From Cystobasidiomycetes sp. EMM_F5 (lineage: Eukaryota), in the NCBI GenBank assembly GCA_051047955.1, contig JBPGPT010000021.1, positions 124,001 to 188,000 of the forward strand: a stretch of DNA of 64,000 nt, written 5' to 3'. Positions 50,798 to 62,957 of this stretch are shown piece by piece. A program made the translations under genes and the position numbers. Numbering within the stretch: position 1 is the stretch's first letter; each line of letters begins with the position of its first letter. The notes under the pieces were generated by a model, which did no database searches, was not told the DNA's origin, and worked only from the letters and a program-made list of their open reading frames with translations.

Positions 50798-53192
50798 ATG
50801 TCCTCCTCGAATACCGACACCATCGCTTCCGCTGTTCCGCGGCCGAAGCTGATATTCTGGCCTAAAGGACTCTTCACAGCTGGCTTTCTCTACGGCTGGA
50901 GAAATCCTGACAACGTCGTCTGCATAGTTGGCTCCCTGAGCTCTGATGTGGTCGAAGCAGACGTAGCGATTGATGGCGTCAAGGCAGCCCAAGCATTGGT
51001 GAATGCCTCCGTGACCTTGTCCGCAGCATCGTCCGCTTTCGCCTCTGCAGTTGAAGCATGTGGACCGCTATCCATCGTCGCACTGCTACTATCGTCCAGT
51101 AGCGGGGAGGAAAATCTGGATGACAAACTACTGACAATCCGACTGACAAACCGCACGCCCCTTCTTGTCCGGTACGCAGAGTCGATGAATATGATCATTC
51201 TGCGTTCGCAGCTGATAATTCCCTCCCAGCCACACTGCTGACGCCGACACCCGAATTGTGCTATATGAGCGGCCCAACGCTCGCCAATTACGCTTCCTGG
51301 CGACACAAGCCATAGACATCGACGTCGCATCGTACGCAGTGTCTCAGCACAGTGACATAACTTCATTTCCGAAGTCTCGCACTGCGAAGAATGTGGCGGT
51401 ACACGCGACATTCGAGGCAGATCCCGGGGTGCCAACCCCGCTGCCTATCGACTTGCAAAAGATTATTTTGCAGGTATAAGAAAGAGCCCTTATGCTCCTG
51501 AAAGTACGCTGCTGATGATGTGTTTGTAAACCCAGATCAATCATGCATCAAATATCTACACCGCTTTGCATTCGACTGGAGTTCACGCGGATAAGGCAGC
51601 AAAACTTTCTATGACGATGCGTTTCCCCGCGTTCTTGGCACAAGGCGTGAAAGGCGGCTTATCCTCATGTATCTCATTGTTGAGTTATCGTTGCCTGGGC
51701 GACAATGCTTTGAGAGATATAGCAGCAATAGGTAAGTGTGATAGTGGGTCTCACAAAGCTCTCTGATGAGATATCACACAGCGCATCAGGCCGACATTCG
51801 CTTACGTCAAGTCGCTGCCAGCCTTATGCAGTATACAGCCATATATCAACGGACTACAATAGACCCAGGAAAGAGCAGCACTCACTACATCAGGTGGGGA
51901 GTAACTCATCTTTTGCAGAGGTTCAAGAAAAAGTGGGCTGATCTGACCAACATCAGTTTCTACGGAACCATATGGTTAATTGCGAACGACATCATTATTG
52001 GGTCGGCCATCACAACGTTCTTACGAGAAAATGAGACCTACCTGACAGATGTTATCACCGCCATTCTAAGGGTAGGTATACCACGCTCAATTTCGACTTG
52101 CTGTACAAAGCTAACGCGAGAGTCTTCTATCCAGGAGTATACAATCAGACGATTGCAAAATCTCTTGCTGTGGTTGAACGACTGGCCTGGCGGACTGAAG
52201 TTAAACTACGAACTTGGCAAATTATTCTGTGATGCCTTTCTGTGGTTTACTAACGCCTGGGAGATTAGTATTCTGGACAGGATCCTCTTCCCCAGTCTAC
52301 CCTTCATTATTCGCCTTATTAGCACATCCGCTATGCTGGGCACTACGATGGCAGTGTCCATGGCTTGCGATTTATTATCGCTCGCAACTTTGCATCTCTA
52401 CGCTTTTTACGTGATGTCCACCGCAATATTCGGATTTCACATCAAGACAATGGCCTCTCTGTTTAGAACATTCCGGGGTGAGCTGATGGTAGGCGTCCGT
52501 TGATATCCAATATTGACAATAAACTAGGCAAGAAACGCAACGAGGCCCGCAATCGAAACGAACCAACCGAGTACAGCCTCGATCAGTTATTGGTCGGCGC
52601 CATGCTTTTCACGCTGGCTGCATTCTTGCTACCCACCGTTCTCGCATACTACCTCGTCTTCGCGCTAGTAAGTGACTTTGAAGCTAAACTGCATGAAGCT
52701 GACTGTGCGGGCTTTACAGGGGAGGATCGGAGTCATCTCCTTACACGCTAGCCTTGAAGCAATCCTGGCTTTCTTGAATCACTTCCCTTTGTTTGTCTTC
52801 ATGCTTCGTGTAAAAGACCCAAGTCGCTTGCCAGGCGGGTTATGCTTCGAGATTCAGCATAAAATCGGTCACAACGCTGCCCTGGAGATGAAGGTAGCGT
52901 TTACGACGATCTACACGTACTCCTCTTCGGGCTGATTCTGTGTCTCATAGAACAAGCCGATCTCGCTGTCAGCCATCTTTCATCAGTATTTTGCACTTTG
53001 GCGAGCCTTTAGTCAGCATTATTCGCCGATTGCGCTATGCAAGAAGTTGCTGTCAGGTGAGTAATGCACCTGCATATAAGCTGTGTTGTTTTGATGGTAG
53101 CATAACGGCATTGCTACACAGGCGGTTATATTCATGCGATACAGCGCTCCCGACTAGTTTTTTCGGATCTCACGTCTCGAAATGATCAGTAG
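50798..53192 (+). CDS. GPI1: GPI-GlcNAc transferase subunit Gpi1/PIG-Q; many introns
   Basis: IWLIANDIIIG, WLNDWPGGLKLNYELG, FRG|KKRNEARNR, LDQLLVGAMLFTL, LNHFPLF..MLRVKDPSRLPGG. Confidence 0.94.
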
Positions 53193-53270
53193 AGCTACAA
53201 GGGTTGCAACAGATGTGGTTCGTGGCGGTACTGCGCATTGTGTCTCGATTCGACCGGTGCAGGGTTGTAA

Positions 53271-56200
53271 TTAATTGGCTTTATAGCGGAAGCGTCCATC
53301 GCATTTGCTGGTGCGAGCATGCTACATTTAGTTCCACCTGTTGAGTCAATAGCGGGCAGACGAAACTTACTCGGCTTCTTTACGTTTCTCTTCTTGTCTT
53401 TTGGCATCCATCTCCTTCGCCTCTTCGTTCAGACGTTTGGTCTGATGAGATGCCGGAAAGCCCATCATCCTGCGTGATCATTGGCACGTCAGCAGATGCA
53501 TTTTTCGACAAAACTCTGCACAGACCAGTAACCTGGTGGTGACGGAGGGGCTTCGAATTGCATACGGTGCCGACTGTTCTCGTTTGCGAGCTGTTCGGCG
53601 AAGGCACGCCGTTCCTCAACAGGAAGGTGTCGAGTCATGGCTTCGTAGTACTGTAGGAGCGGTATTTGAGCAGCGAATGCATCAAAATATATTGTCACTC
53701 ACGCCTCGACAGCAGTCGCAGTCTACACCGTGCATCTGCTTCCGAGCATGTTGATCCCGGACCGTTTCTTGATAGGCAAAGTCAAAGCCTGCGTTGCCTT
53801 CTGGGTTGATTTCGACTGCGCGCACCGTGTTATCTCTGCCAATAATGTTCGTCAAAGCCAATTGTACTGAGGAACCACTTCCTTACTTGGTCAGTTGCTG
53901 GGCATAGGCACCGCGACCTTTATACTTCAGAGGTTCGGCTTTGAGCTCCTCTCGTCTGCGTTTATGCAATTCCCTCATAAAATCCTGTCCTGCGAAGTCT
54001 TCGTCTTCCTGGTCTTGACGCACCAAATTGGCAGTGGCAGAGTCCTTGATGCACTCTTCAGACACGTTGCCTTCAGTTGTATCGTTTCTTTTGCGTTTTG
54101 CTGACCGCCGGAAAAAGACAGGGGAAGCTTCCTGCTGCAGGGTCTCCGCCTGATGGCGCTGCAGCTTCTGGACTTCGGCTGTCACATCAGGCCGACTGAC
54201 TCGTGCATTTGACCAGTCAATAGTATCCTGATTTGCTACAGCAGACGGCACTAACGCCTTCTTCTTTTGGAGGATCGCTTGCGCCACAATATCGAGATCA
54301 TTGGCAATGTCTGGTGGGATATCACTCCCTGCAGCTTTGCGCTTCTTCGACCTCCGATCAGTCCGCGCCTCAGTGTCGGTTGTTGAGCTTTGCGACTTCT
54401 GCAGTACCTGCGTCAAGGACGGCATGGTCACTTGGATGGTATCAGGGACAGTCTCAAGCTTCGTTGGCTTCGAAGGGATCTGGATGTCAGTATGACATCT
54501 TGCAGGGTCCAAAGACTCGCAGTCAGCTCCAGATTTTCGCAAGTTGTTGGCGACGGATGGTTTGCGGAGATCGGCATGGTCCTCACTGCGCCCCTTATTA
54601 GCGAGAAGGCGGTCGCCGAGTGCACTGACCTTTGTGCCAGCGGTAGCTTGTATGTCCTGCCGAGACTGAGCCATCCATGCTGGCAGGAGTGCACTGTCTG
54701 ACTTTACAGTAGTGTTCATGTGTGCACGGCTCTGCAAGTCAGCGTCCTGCTGACGGCGTAAGGGAGGCTCGAGGCGGCTTTGGGGCACAATGTACCTGTG
54801 CCTATTGCTTTCTGTTCTTTGCGAATTGGTGACACGACCGGCCTTCGCTTCATCGATAATAGAAGCAATTACATCTTGACTGACGAGCCGATGTGAAGCG
54901 TCGTCTGCAGTAAGCGCGACTGGTTTACGCAATCCTACCAATTTCTCGTCCGACAAGCGGCTAGTTGTTCCATTCGCGGAAACGTGCGAAAACGACGATC
55001 GCGCAAACGTCGAAACAGACCGGCGCAGCTTGGACGCATTTTGCGGTACAGAAGTTGTTTCTTTTGATTCACGGCTGTCCGATACCAGCTGCTCGTCAGC
55101 TTTGTGCTCAGGGACCGTCTTTAGCTGGTCTATACGAGAGTAGACTGTCCTCGCAGTAGGTGCTTGCACCCCGACGAGACGTGCGATAGGCGTGGAGGAC
55201 CCCGTCACTTTGCGTCCGGGCTCTTCGCTGACGGCTCGACAGACGGCGAGGTCTGTCAACGGAAGAGTATCGACGCCAGTAATGGTTCGGCTTGCAACAG
55301 GCATCGCTCGGTCGCGAACGCCTATGTCTGGCTTGTAGAATTTCACCGATGCATGTCTCGGAGGAACAGACTCCTCAACAATAGTATCGTCGGCTGTTGG
55401 ATCGAAGTACTCTTCTTTGCGCAACGGGTATACACACGGCGCGGAGACTTGTTCTGGCAGAGTTGTGTTGCCCGAAGGTGGGGGCATCTCCGTGATGGGC
55501 AGACGTGAACTGCTCAGACTGGCAGCATTGTGCATGTTTTTCGTTTCTTCAGCGGGACCGAGCTCGCTGTCGCGCTTGATTGTAGTCGAAGCTTGTGTAG
55601 TATTGAATGATTCACGCTCTGTCTTTTGGCAGTCGTCGCTCGCTGCTTCCGATTCGATATGGGTGTCTTCGGTTTGCTCTGTCGATTCTGAGCGCGCTGA
55701 GCCTGGGGGCGGTCCGTCCTCGGACCTTACTACGAGTGATTTGGGCGTGGTAAGAGTTTTGCTTTTGCTCGTCTCCTCGTGCGGACTGTTGCCGCGAGGG
55801 ACGCGGTGGGCTGGTGTGAGTAGTTGAGGCGGAACTCGAGTGGGCCCGAGAGCCGTTCTATTCTTCTTGCGTGGTGTGGAGTGAGTAGAGCCCACGGAAG
55901 AGGCACCTGATGTTGACCTGGTGGATCCACGCGTAACTCTCGAAGATGCAGACATCGACGGTACTCTAGTTTGTATGGCAGGCTTTCGCTGCTTGCTATC
56001 ATCGTCCGAGATACGCTGCTCAGCCTTCATCAGCACGCTACGGAATGCATCATTTTCGGCTACGACGGTTTCGATGACACGCTTGAAATGTCGCCATGTC
56101 TTGCGTTCGTCCTGGTGCTTTGCCAGCTCATCCTGATTGGCTTGCAGAAGGCAATCGTACTGATAATTTAGCCGCTTGAGCTGCTTGCGTAGCGTTAGCG

Positions 56201-56574
56201 CATGCGTGTCAACAGGCTTCTGAGCGAGCGCGGAGAGGGGAACACTCTCTTGCTGGCTAGGCTTGTTGGTGGTAGCGTGTGAAAGGGCTTTGGCTTGCAG
56301 TCTGTTTTAAATACTTAGATGCTTACACTCATGACGAACAGAGTATCGCTCACTTGTTTTCCTGCGTAAGCGTAGCTATGTGTGACAGAAGCTGTTTCCT
56401 CTCCGCGTCCCAGGCCGTCCGTTCGGCCTCGATAGCCTTCTTCAGTTCGTTCTCGCTAGCTGGCACAGCGTATCGGGATCATGTTGTCATCATACAAGAC
56501 CTACGACACTCACCTGCATGGACAGCCTCCGCCCGCTGGACGGCTGCCAGAATCTCGGAAAACGATGAACTCAT
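53271..56574 (-). CDS. SAE2: DNA end-resection factor Sae2/Ctp1/CtIP
   Basis: N-terminal coiled coil; C-terminal YKGRGAYA, MHGVDCDCCRG|YY, SRHR, SPPGYW|MMGFP. Confidence 0.88.
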
Positions 56575-56648
56575 TTTGACGGGGTCAGTAGCTGTAAGCG
56601 GGTGCACTCATCGAAGGCTGCTGTGCTCCTGCATATATACCACTAATG

Positions 56649-56665
56649 ACGCGTCATCGACGCGT
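56649..56665. promoter_or_regulatory. Two MluI cell-cycle boxes (ACGCGT) upstream of SAE2
   Basis: ACGCGT at 56649-56654 and 56660-56665, 75-90 bp upstream of the ATG at 56574, next to a TATATA-like run at 56633-56639. Confidence 0.6.
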
Positions 56666-56762
56666 CGAGACAGCAGTTGGTCAAAAACCAAAGCAGAAAT
56701 ACAGACGTTTTACTGAACAAAGTGGCAAATCCTCGCTGTACAGTAGCATCCTCCGACTTTCA

Positions 56763-56786
56763 TCGACACCAAGCTCGACACCAAGC
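56763..56786. repeat. 12-bp tandem duplication TCGACACCAAGC x2
   Basis: Exact direct repeat visible in the intergenic sequence. Confidence 0.85.
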
Positions 56787-57084
56787 AAGGCTACGCATCT
56801 CGACGTGCACAGAGACTTTCGATAGTTAGCGACGTAGCTGCGTCCGCGAAGAGCTATGGCCTTGGGCTAGCCCGAGGCCAACCGCTGGACCAGTTTGACA
56901 CACTACTGTACGGCACGTTTGGAGACAGAGCTGAACGCAAGACCCTACGCATGTCCATGCCGAAGCTTTTAGGGGCGTAGGGCGGCCCCCGTAGGGAGAC
57001 TTGAGTAATGCATTGGTCTTGTCCAGCTTAGTGGATTGAAGTTGTTGCCAGTTCCCGCAAGGACAAACCTCGCGCCTTCACGTA

Positions 57085-58056
57085 TTACGCATCCGCATTG
57101 TCTCCCGCAGTCGAGACCCGGTAATTCAAATTGATGTGTTGAGCGTTCAAAGAGAACACGCGTGCTTGCATCCCTTTGCATGTCAATATCTGCAACTTTG
57201 GCATGACCGGCAATTTGTACTCCTTGAGCCATAAATCGTTCGAGTCGCAGATACGACATCTTGTCATGTCAAGAGCCTCTAGAGTGGCTGCCGACCAAAC
57301 GCCGAGCAATTGATCCAATGCAGCAACGGACATCTCGCAGCTGCTAAGCAACAATCGCTTTGGAGGATGAATCGCTCGGCATAGCTGCGCCAGCTTCTCC
57401 AGCATTACTTGATCAGCATATGCAGGGAAGCGAAAGTTGCGCAATGCAACAGTTTCTACTTGCAGGCTGCGAGTCGGCCACGATTGTAAAAAGATGTCAT
57501 AATCCCAGTGTAGGTCACCCTCAGCAGCAAGCTGCAGCGTAAGGGTCTCCATCGGATGGGATGGTAGAAGTGTCAGATCTCTGAATCTGCTCAATATCAG
57601 GGAAAAAGACGTGAAGCTTGCTGCGTTCCATGCGGAAAGATACATGTCCTCGAGGTTTCGCGCATTCTCGTCCGGACAAAACTGTACGGAGACGAGCCTG
57701 TTGCATGCCGTCATGATACCCTCAAGCAACACCGCTAGATCCTCGCTATCTTGGTTGCGGCTCCGACTGCCCAAAGCTGTGCTGACATTGAGACTCCGAC
57801 ACAACCCAGCCAAAGTGGCAGATGCGAATACTGTTCTTCGAAACAGTTGGCAGGCTGATCTTGCGGAAGAGTACTCCAGGTTGACCGTTCTGTACAGGCA
57901 GCGAGTTGCAGAATTTGTCAACGCGGTCTGACCAACTAAACATAAGGCTGCATAGGTCCGTCGCACGGCATGCGAGTCGGTGCTGCGAGCACATAGATGC
58001 TCGCAAATGATATCCCAAACATGTTCTGGAAGCTGCACGGTGGTTCTGGCTGGCAT
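57085..58056 (-). CDS. F-box-like/LRR-like protein (3' end uncertain)
   Basis: N-terminal LPEHVWDIICEHL...ALCLV...ATRCLYRTVNL, typical of basidiomycete F-box-like proteins, followed by LxxLxL repeats. Confidence 0.65.
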   Translation of the reverse strand: MPARTTVQLPEHVWDIICEHLCARSTDSHAVRRTYAALCLVGQTALTNSATRCLYRTVNLEYSSARSACQLFRRTVFASATLAGLCRSLNVSTALGSRSRNQDSEDLAVLLEGIMTACNRLVSVQFCPDENARNLEDMYLSAWNAASFTSFSLILSRFRDLTLLPSHPMETLTLQLAAEGDLHWDYDIFLQSWPTRSLQVETVALRNFRFPAYADQVMLEKLAQLCRAIHPPKRLLLSSCEMSVAALDQLLGVWSAATLEALDMTRCRICDSNDLWLKEYKLPVMPKLQILTCKGMQARVFSLNAQHINLNYRVSTAGDNADA

Positions 58057-58687
58057 AACTTATCGTCCTAACTGGTGCAAGTCGATGTGGGGCAAGGTCG
58101 TTTGAAGCAAACATACATCGAATATGACTGTATGCGGTATGCTGCCGCAGTCTAGCGAGATGGTCTCCTGCCTGCGTATGACACGACTCTCACTCGTAAA
58201 CTATCTATACCTCCACTTTGCAGGAATCAACCGGATTACTTTGGGGTCTGTCTAGTATACTACTGGTATCGATACGTCAGGCCGTGAACATCCGCTGCGT
58301 CCGTACACAGATTGCTTGTGCCCGGCGACGTCGAGATCTAAGAGATGTCTTAAGCTCGGCCCGTACAAAGTTCCACTGAGTGCGGGAGGTGTTCGAGTCC
58401 GGTTGCGGAGCAGAAGACACGCGTCAGCTCGCATGGCTGTGCGAAACATTTCCCCTGTTTCCCAAGTAAGGATGTGGTCCGCTGAGCCTGCTGACACCTG
58501 GACCGGCAGTCGACCGGGGCTTTACGAGGTCAGTGTTTTTGGCACGGTTCCGTGTCAGTACGTGGCGGCTTAAATGGTTTTGGGTTATGTGCGCAGCAAG
58601 GTCTCTTCTCCTGTTGCATCCACACACACATTCTTTTCGCACCTTTTCCACTTCAGCAATACCTCGTCTATCGGGCAAACCTACAGC

Positions 58688-59256
58688 ATGTCCTTCGCAC
58701 TGCTCAGATTTTCGGCCTCTGCTGTCATCGCTGCGACAGTGATGCTTTCGGCATCTCGTCGTACGTCAGCAGCGGCAATACATGCTGAGCGATCGCTGTC
58801 AGGCGGGCCTGCGCAAGCAACATGGCAGAACTTTGAAACCAATCCTGCACTCACGACTGGTGGCAAGTGTGCTTATCAGCAAATAACCGGAGCATGGGCA
58901 AACGGCGGTCATAACGTGGCTGTTGGAGGCTTCAGCTACAGCGACTGTGGAAAATGCATCAAGATGACGAACACTGGTGAGTACTCATTGATGCGTACGA
59001 GGATTAATGATGACCTTTCCCCTCCACAGCGAATGGCAAATCCAGCTACGCCTTTATTGTAGACGAAAAACCTGCAGGCGGACTGGATGTAGGTGGGGAC
59101 GCCCTGCAAGAAATGGGCGCTACAGTCATTCAGGATACTGTGGATAACATTGCATCTGTCAGCTGGGAGGCAGCCGATACGGCGAATTGCCAAGTTGCGT
59201 GGGTTGTGGGTACATGCCCAACTGGCAAGTCCAACTTGGGCGGTTACTGCGGTTAG
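58688..59256 (+). CDS. Secreted RlpA-like double-psi beta-barrel (expansin/barwin-like) protein; 1 intron
   Basis: Signal peptide; ATW..GGKCAY, NVAV, DCGKCIKMTNT|ANGKSSYAFIVDE..GGLDVG, VSWE; ends GGYCG*. Confidence 0.8.
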
Positions 59257-59440
59257 CGCCAGCTGTCAGTCGCCTACTGCGTGTTTCTGCGTTAGTCTCT
59301 TTGGCTCGAGCTGGTCCTCATGGATGTAGTGCCGTCGGTGTTCACTTTTTGCAATATGCAATCTCTCGCTGTATACTATACGCTTGCCTTCAGCAGACAA
59401 TGCTAGGCCATACCTGTGAGATTTTGCATACTCCCACGCC

Positions 59441-61578
59441 TCACCGCGTCTGTGAAATCTGCCTCAGCGCGTCCACCTGACATCGAAAGGCATGAGTGAA
59501 CTTACTGGACTGTAGTCATCGATCTTCAGTAATAAGCCTACCGTCTCGGTAGACAACTCCACAGCGCTTGTGCTGACTAACAGCGGTTGCAAGACATTCT
59601 CTTCCCGTATATCGCTAATCATGCCCTTCCTTACGTTGATGCCGGCCGTCTTCTCGCCCAGTGCATGTCGATTGCGCAACTCCGTGACGATGGCTATCGG
59701 ATTCAGCCCAGCATTTTCCGCCAGGGTAGTCGGGATGACCTCGAGCGCTTCGGCATATGCTTGGAAGCAGTATGCTTCCATTCCTTTCAAAGTCTGGGCA
59801 TACTCCGCCAGTTTCCGTGAGACGTGGATCTCTGGCGCTCCACCTCCTGCAATCAAAGCTCTGAAGCAGTGATACTGTTAACCAGCTGTGTACACTAACA
59901 TGGTACCAGCGAACTTACCGCTTCTTCACCAAACACCGCACCACACACAGCGCGTCATGGAGAGACCTTTCGCTTTCTTCAAGCACCAGCGAATTTGCAC
60001 CGGTGCACAACACACTGACCGTCTTGCCCATGTTTTTGATTCCAGTGATCCGGACCACTTTTGCGCCATTCTTGCTAACTTCATCAACAAGATCCGCTTC
60101 ACCGAGCTTATCGGCAGTGAAAGCCTCGACATCGGCAATCGGTTTACATCCTAGACTCTTCGACAAAAACTCAATCTCGTCACGCTCGACATCCTTGACT
60201 ACCATAATCTTGAGCTTTGCGAGGAAATGCAGGGAGAGATCATTGACTGCGTCGCGAAGAATGGATTTCTGGATCAGCAAAACATTACATCCAGTCTTCT
60301 TGATAGTCTTGCACATGTTGAGAAGATATTGTCTCTCCTCCTTGAGTATCTTGTCCATTTGCCGGTAGTCATTTACAACGATCTGGTTGTCCATCTGCAT
60401 TTGCAATTTCAGTCAGCTGCTAATGTCACATCTTACCATGCCGGAATATACTGACGTCAGGTTTCGGTGCGCTCAGTTGAAACTGAATCAGACCAATCTT
60501 TGCCTTTTCGATGCGTGAAGGGCCGCCAGCGGTGGTATTGACATTCTGATTCAATGCAACTCCATCGACGAGTTCCGTGTCATCGATGGTACCGCCGACC
60601 TTCTTGACGATTCGGATATCTCGTAAATCGACATTCGTACTGGACTGTGTAGCCAAGCGCTTCACCGAGTCGACAGCGATCGGAGCGAGGATAGAGGAGT
60701 ATTGAGAGACAATCTTGGATAGCATTGAGAGTCAGCTTGGAATGTTAGGGCTTGCCCAATGAGCACGGCGAACCTTTGAGTTCAACGATGTACTGGCCGC
60801 CCGTAACAGGCTGTCACGATCATTCAGGTCTACAGGCGTCGACAGGTCCTCGAGGTATTCAACAACCTTCTTTGCAGCTTTTGCAAAGCTCTCTGCGATA
60901 ATTGTCGGATGTATTCCCTTGCCCAGCATTTTCTGAGCCGCTCCCAGCAGACTGCCTGCCAAGACCACGACTGACGTTGTTCCATCACCCGCTTCGATAT
61001 CTTGAGCGGCGGACAGGTCGACCAGCATGCGTGCAGCTGGATGCATCACGCTCATGTGTTTCAAGATTGTAGCGCCATCGTTGGTAATGACTGTTTCGCC
61101 AGAGGAAGTTATAATCATCTTGTCCATCCCTCGCGGGCCCAAAGACGTTCGTACGCAGTCTGAAACAGCTGGAAGTGCAGTATGGCCCCGTCAGAGTTGG
61201 CCGACGTTGATCATAGATTTAATTACAGACCTTTCGCAGCGGTCACTAGCAAATCACGAGTCCATCAGCGGGGTGCAACTAATTGAGCACCACCATTAAA
61301 CGCACTGTTCGACAATCTGACTTCCATCGGCTTGTCCTTGTCCTGTTGAATTCGGTATGCGTTGCGTATATTGGATAATTTGGGTGCACAGTCAGGAACG
61401 ATATGCGGAAAGGAAGACACGACAACAGAAGCGTCAACAACTCCGTTGTGCGACTTCAGTGTGCACTCCAGTCGCCTGAAAGTATGCCTACCTGAAACGC
61501 TTTTCCACCGCTCGCGCCCATTGCTGGTCCACCGCCCGACACCATCTGGCTGGCGGACGACTGAGCGGGTGTAGCCAT
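59441..61578 (-). CDS. CCT4: T-complex protein 1 subunit delta; includes 15-nt micro-exon 61231-61245
   Basis: [62 protein letters not shown]. Confidence 0.97.
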
Positions 61579-61777
61579 GATTTGAGGATGATCAGGCTGT
61601 TCAGATTACAGAGATACTGCTTGGACAGTGAACGTTGCTGATGAAGAAGCAGCCAGAGTCTTTGCTGTCGAATATAAATCTCGATTGTGACCGTCCAAGC
61701 CGAAGTACTCTCGCCTTGACCTGCTCTGACGACCGACAACATCCTGCTTCGACTTCCGTGACCAGCATCTGTTCATC

Positions 61778-62623
61778 ATGGTGCGTATGGAAAGCAACGC
61801 GTTACTTGGTCGCGCCCTCGCATCTCCAGTGTAAAAGTTGGACGGACGTGCCAGCTGACGAGCTGTTTATGCGTTTGCTAGGGCGACATTAACGCGATAG
61901 CAAAGCAGGTGAGTAGTGTGTACGTCAAGCAGGTAGCAGAAAAGTGCTGAGCGGCCTGTCTTGCTCTTTGGCTGGCGGTATCCATTTGACACCCTCAATC
62001 GATTCGACAACCCATCAATCAGTTTACCGAGTTCTACTACTCGACTTTTGATACCAACAGGCAGAACTTGGCTGCGCTATACGTGCGCTACTCGCATTCC
62101 ATTCGCTTGGATGCTAACTGACATGATATTGTTCTACTCATTCGCCGTGTACGAAACCCGTCAACCTGGACAATCATGACGCATAATATGTTCGACCTGA
62201 CCCCAGCGCGACCACTCTATGCTCACATTCGAAGCAGAGCAGTTCCAAGGCAGCGCTTCGATTATGGGCAAGCTATCGGTGAGCGTCTGTTTTAGGTTGT
62301 AATGTGGGTCCAGCTAAACCCCTCATTGTATGTTCTCTCAAACTAGGCTCTTCCCTTCGAGAAAGTACAGCACGTCATCTCTACGCTGGACGCGCAGCCC
62401 TCTTCCACCACCCAAGCGAGCATGGTGGTGCTCGTCACTGGTTCCCTCAAGGTCGACGACTCGCAACATCCACTCAACTACACTCAGACCTTCCAACTTA
62501 TCCCAGAGGGGAACACGTACTATGTGTGAGTATTCATTAACCCAGCGGATGGTCGCTCATACACTGACATCATCATGCTGGGTTTTCAGATTCAACGATG
62601 TCTTCAGGCTGGTATACGGCTGA
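61778..62623 (+). CDS. NTF2: Nuclear transport factor 2 (ATG-only first exon; several introns)
   Basis: M|GDINAIAKQ|FTEFYYSTFDTNRQNLAALY|RDHSMLTFE...LPFEKVQH..TLDAQPS...VTGSL...FNDVFRLVYG*. Confidence 0.96.
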
Positions 62624-62957
62624 GAGTGAGGTTGGCGGAAGGAATCAGGAGAACACGAGAAGTGCCCGCTTGTGGAACTAGAGCAATTGCTGCCCGATAG
62701 CTGCGTTATACGCCATGCAACAAGCGCCTATGCATTACGCAGTTTCCAGCAAACGGATTCGTCCAGTTATTCGAGGCTGTGATAGCCATCCATTGCCGGC
62801 GCAATCAGAGCGTTCAGCCAGCTTCTATCTGTGGTTCTTGCCCAATCTTTGTAACCCGACTCTTGCCACTTGAGCTTCAACGCCGCGACGCCTTTCAGGT
62901 TCCTGCCCATAAATTCTGAGTGACGCTGCCTAAACGATATCAGTCAGCCAGCCAGCC

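Noticed and set aside
17936..62623. Apparent cluster of nuclear envelope/transport genes (KASH-like, YRB2, NUP133, NTF2)
   Set aside because: They are spread over 45 kb among unrelated genes with no shared motif seen; compatible with chance.
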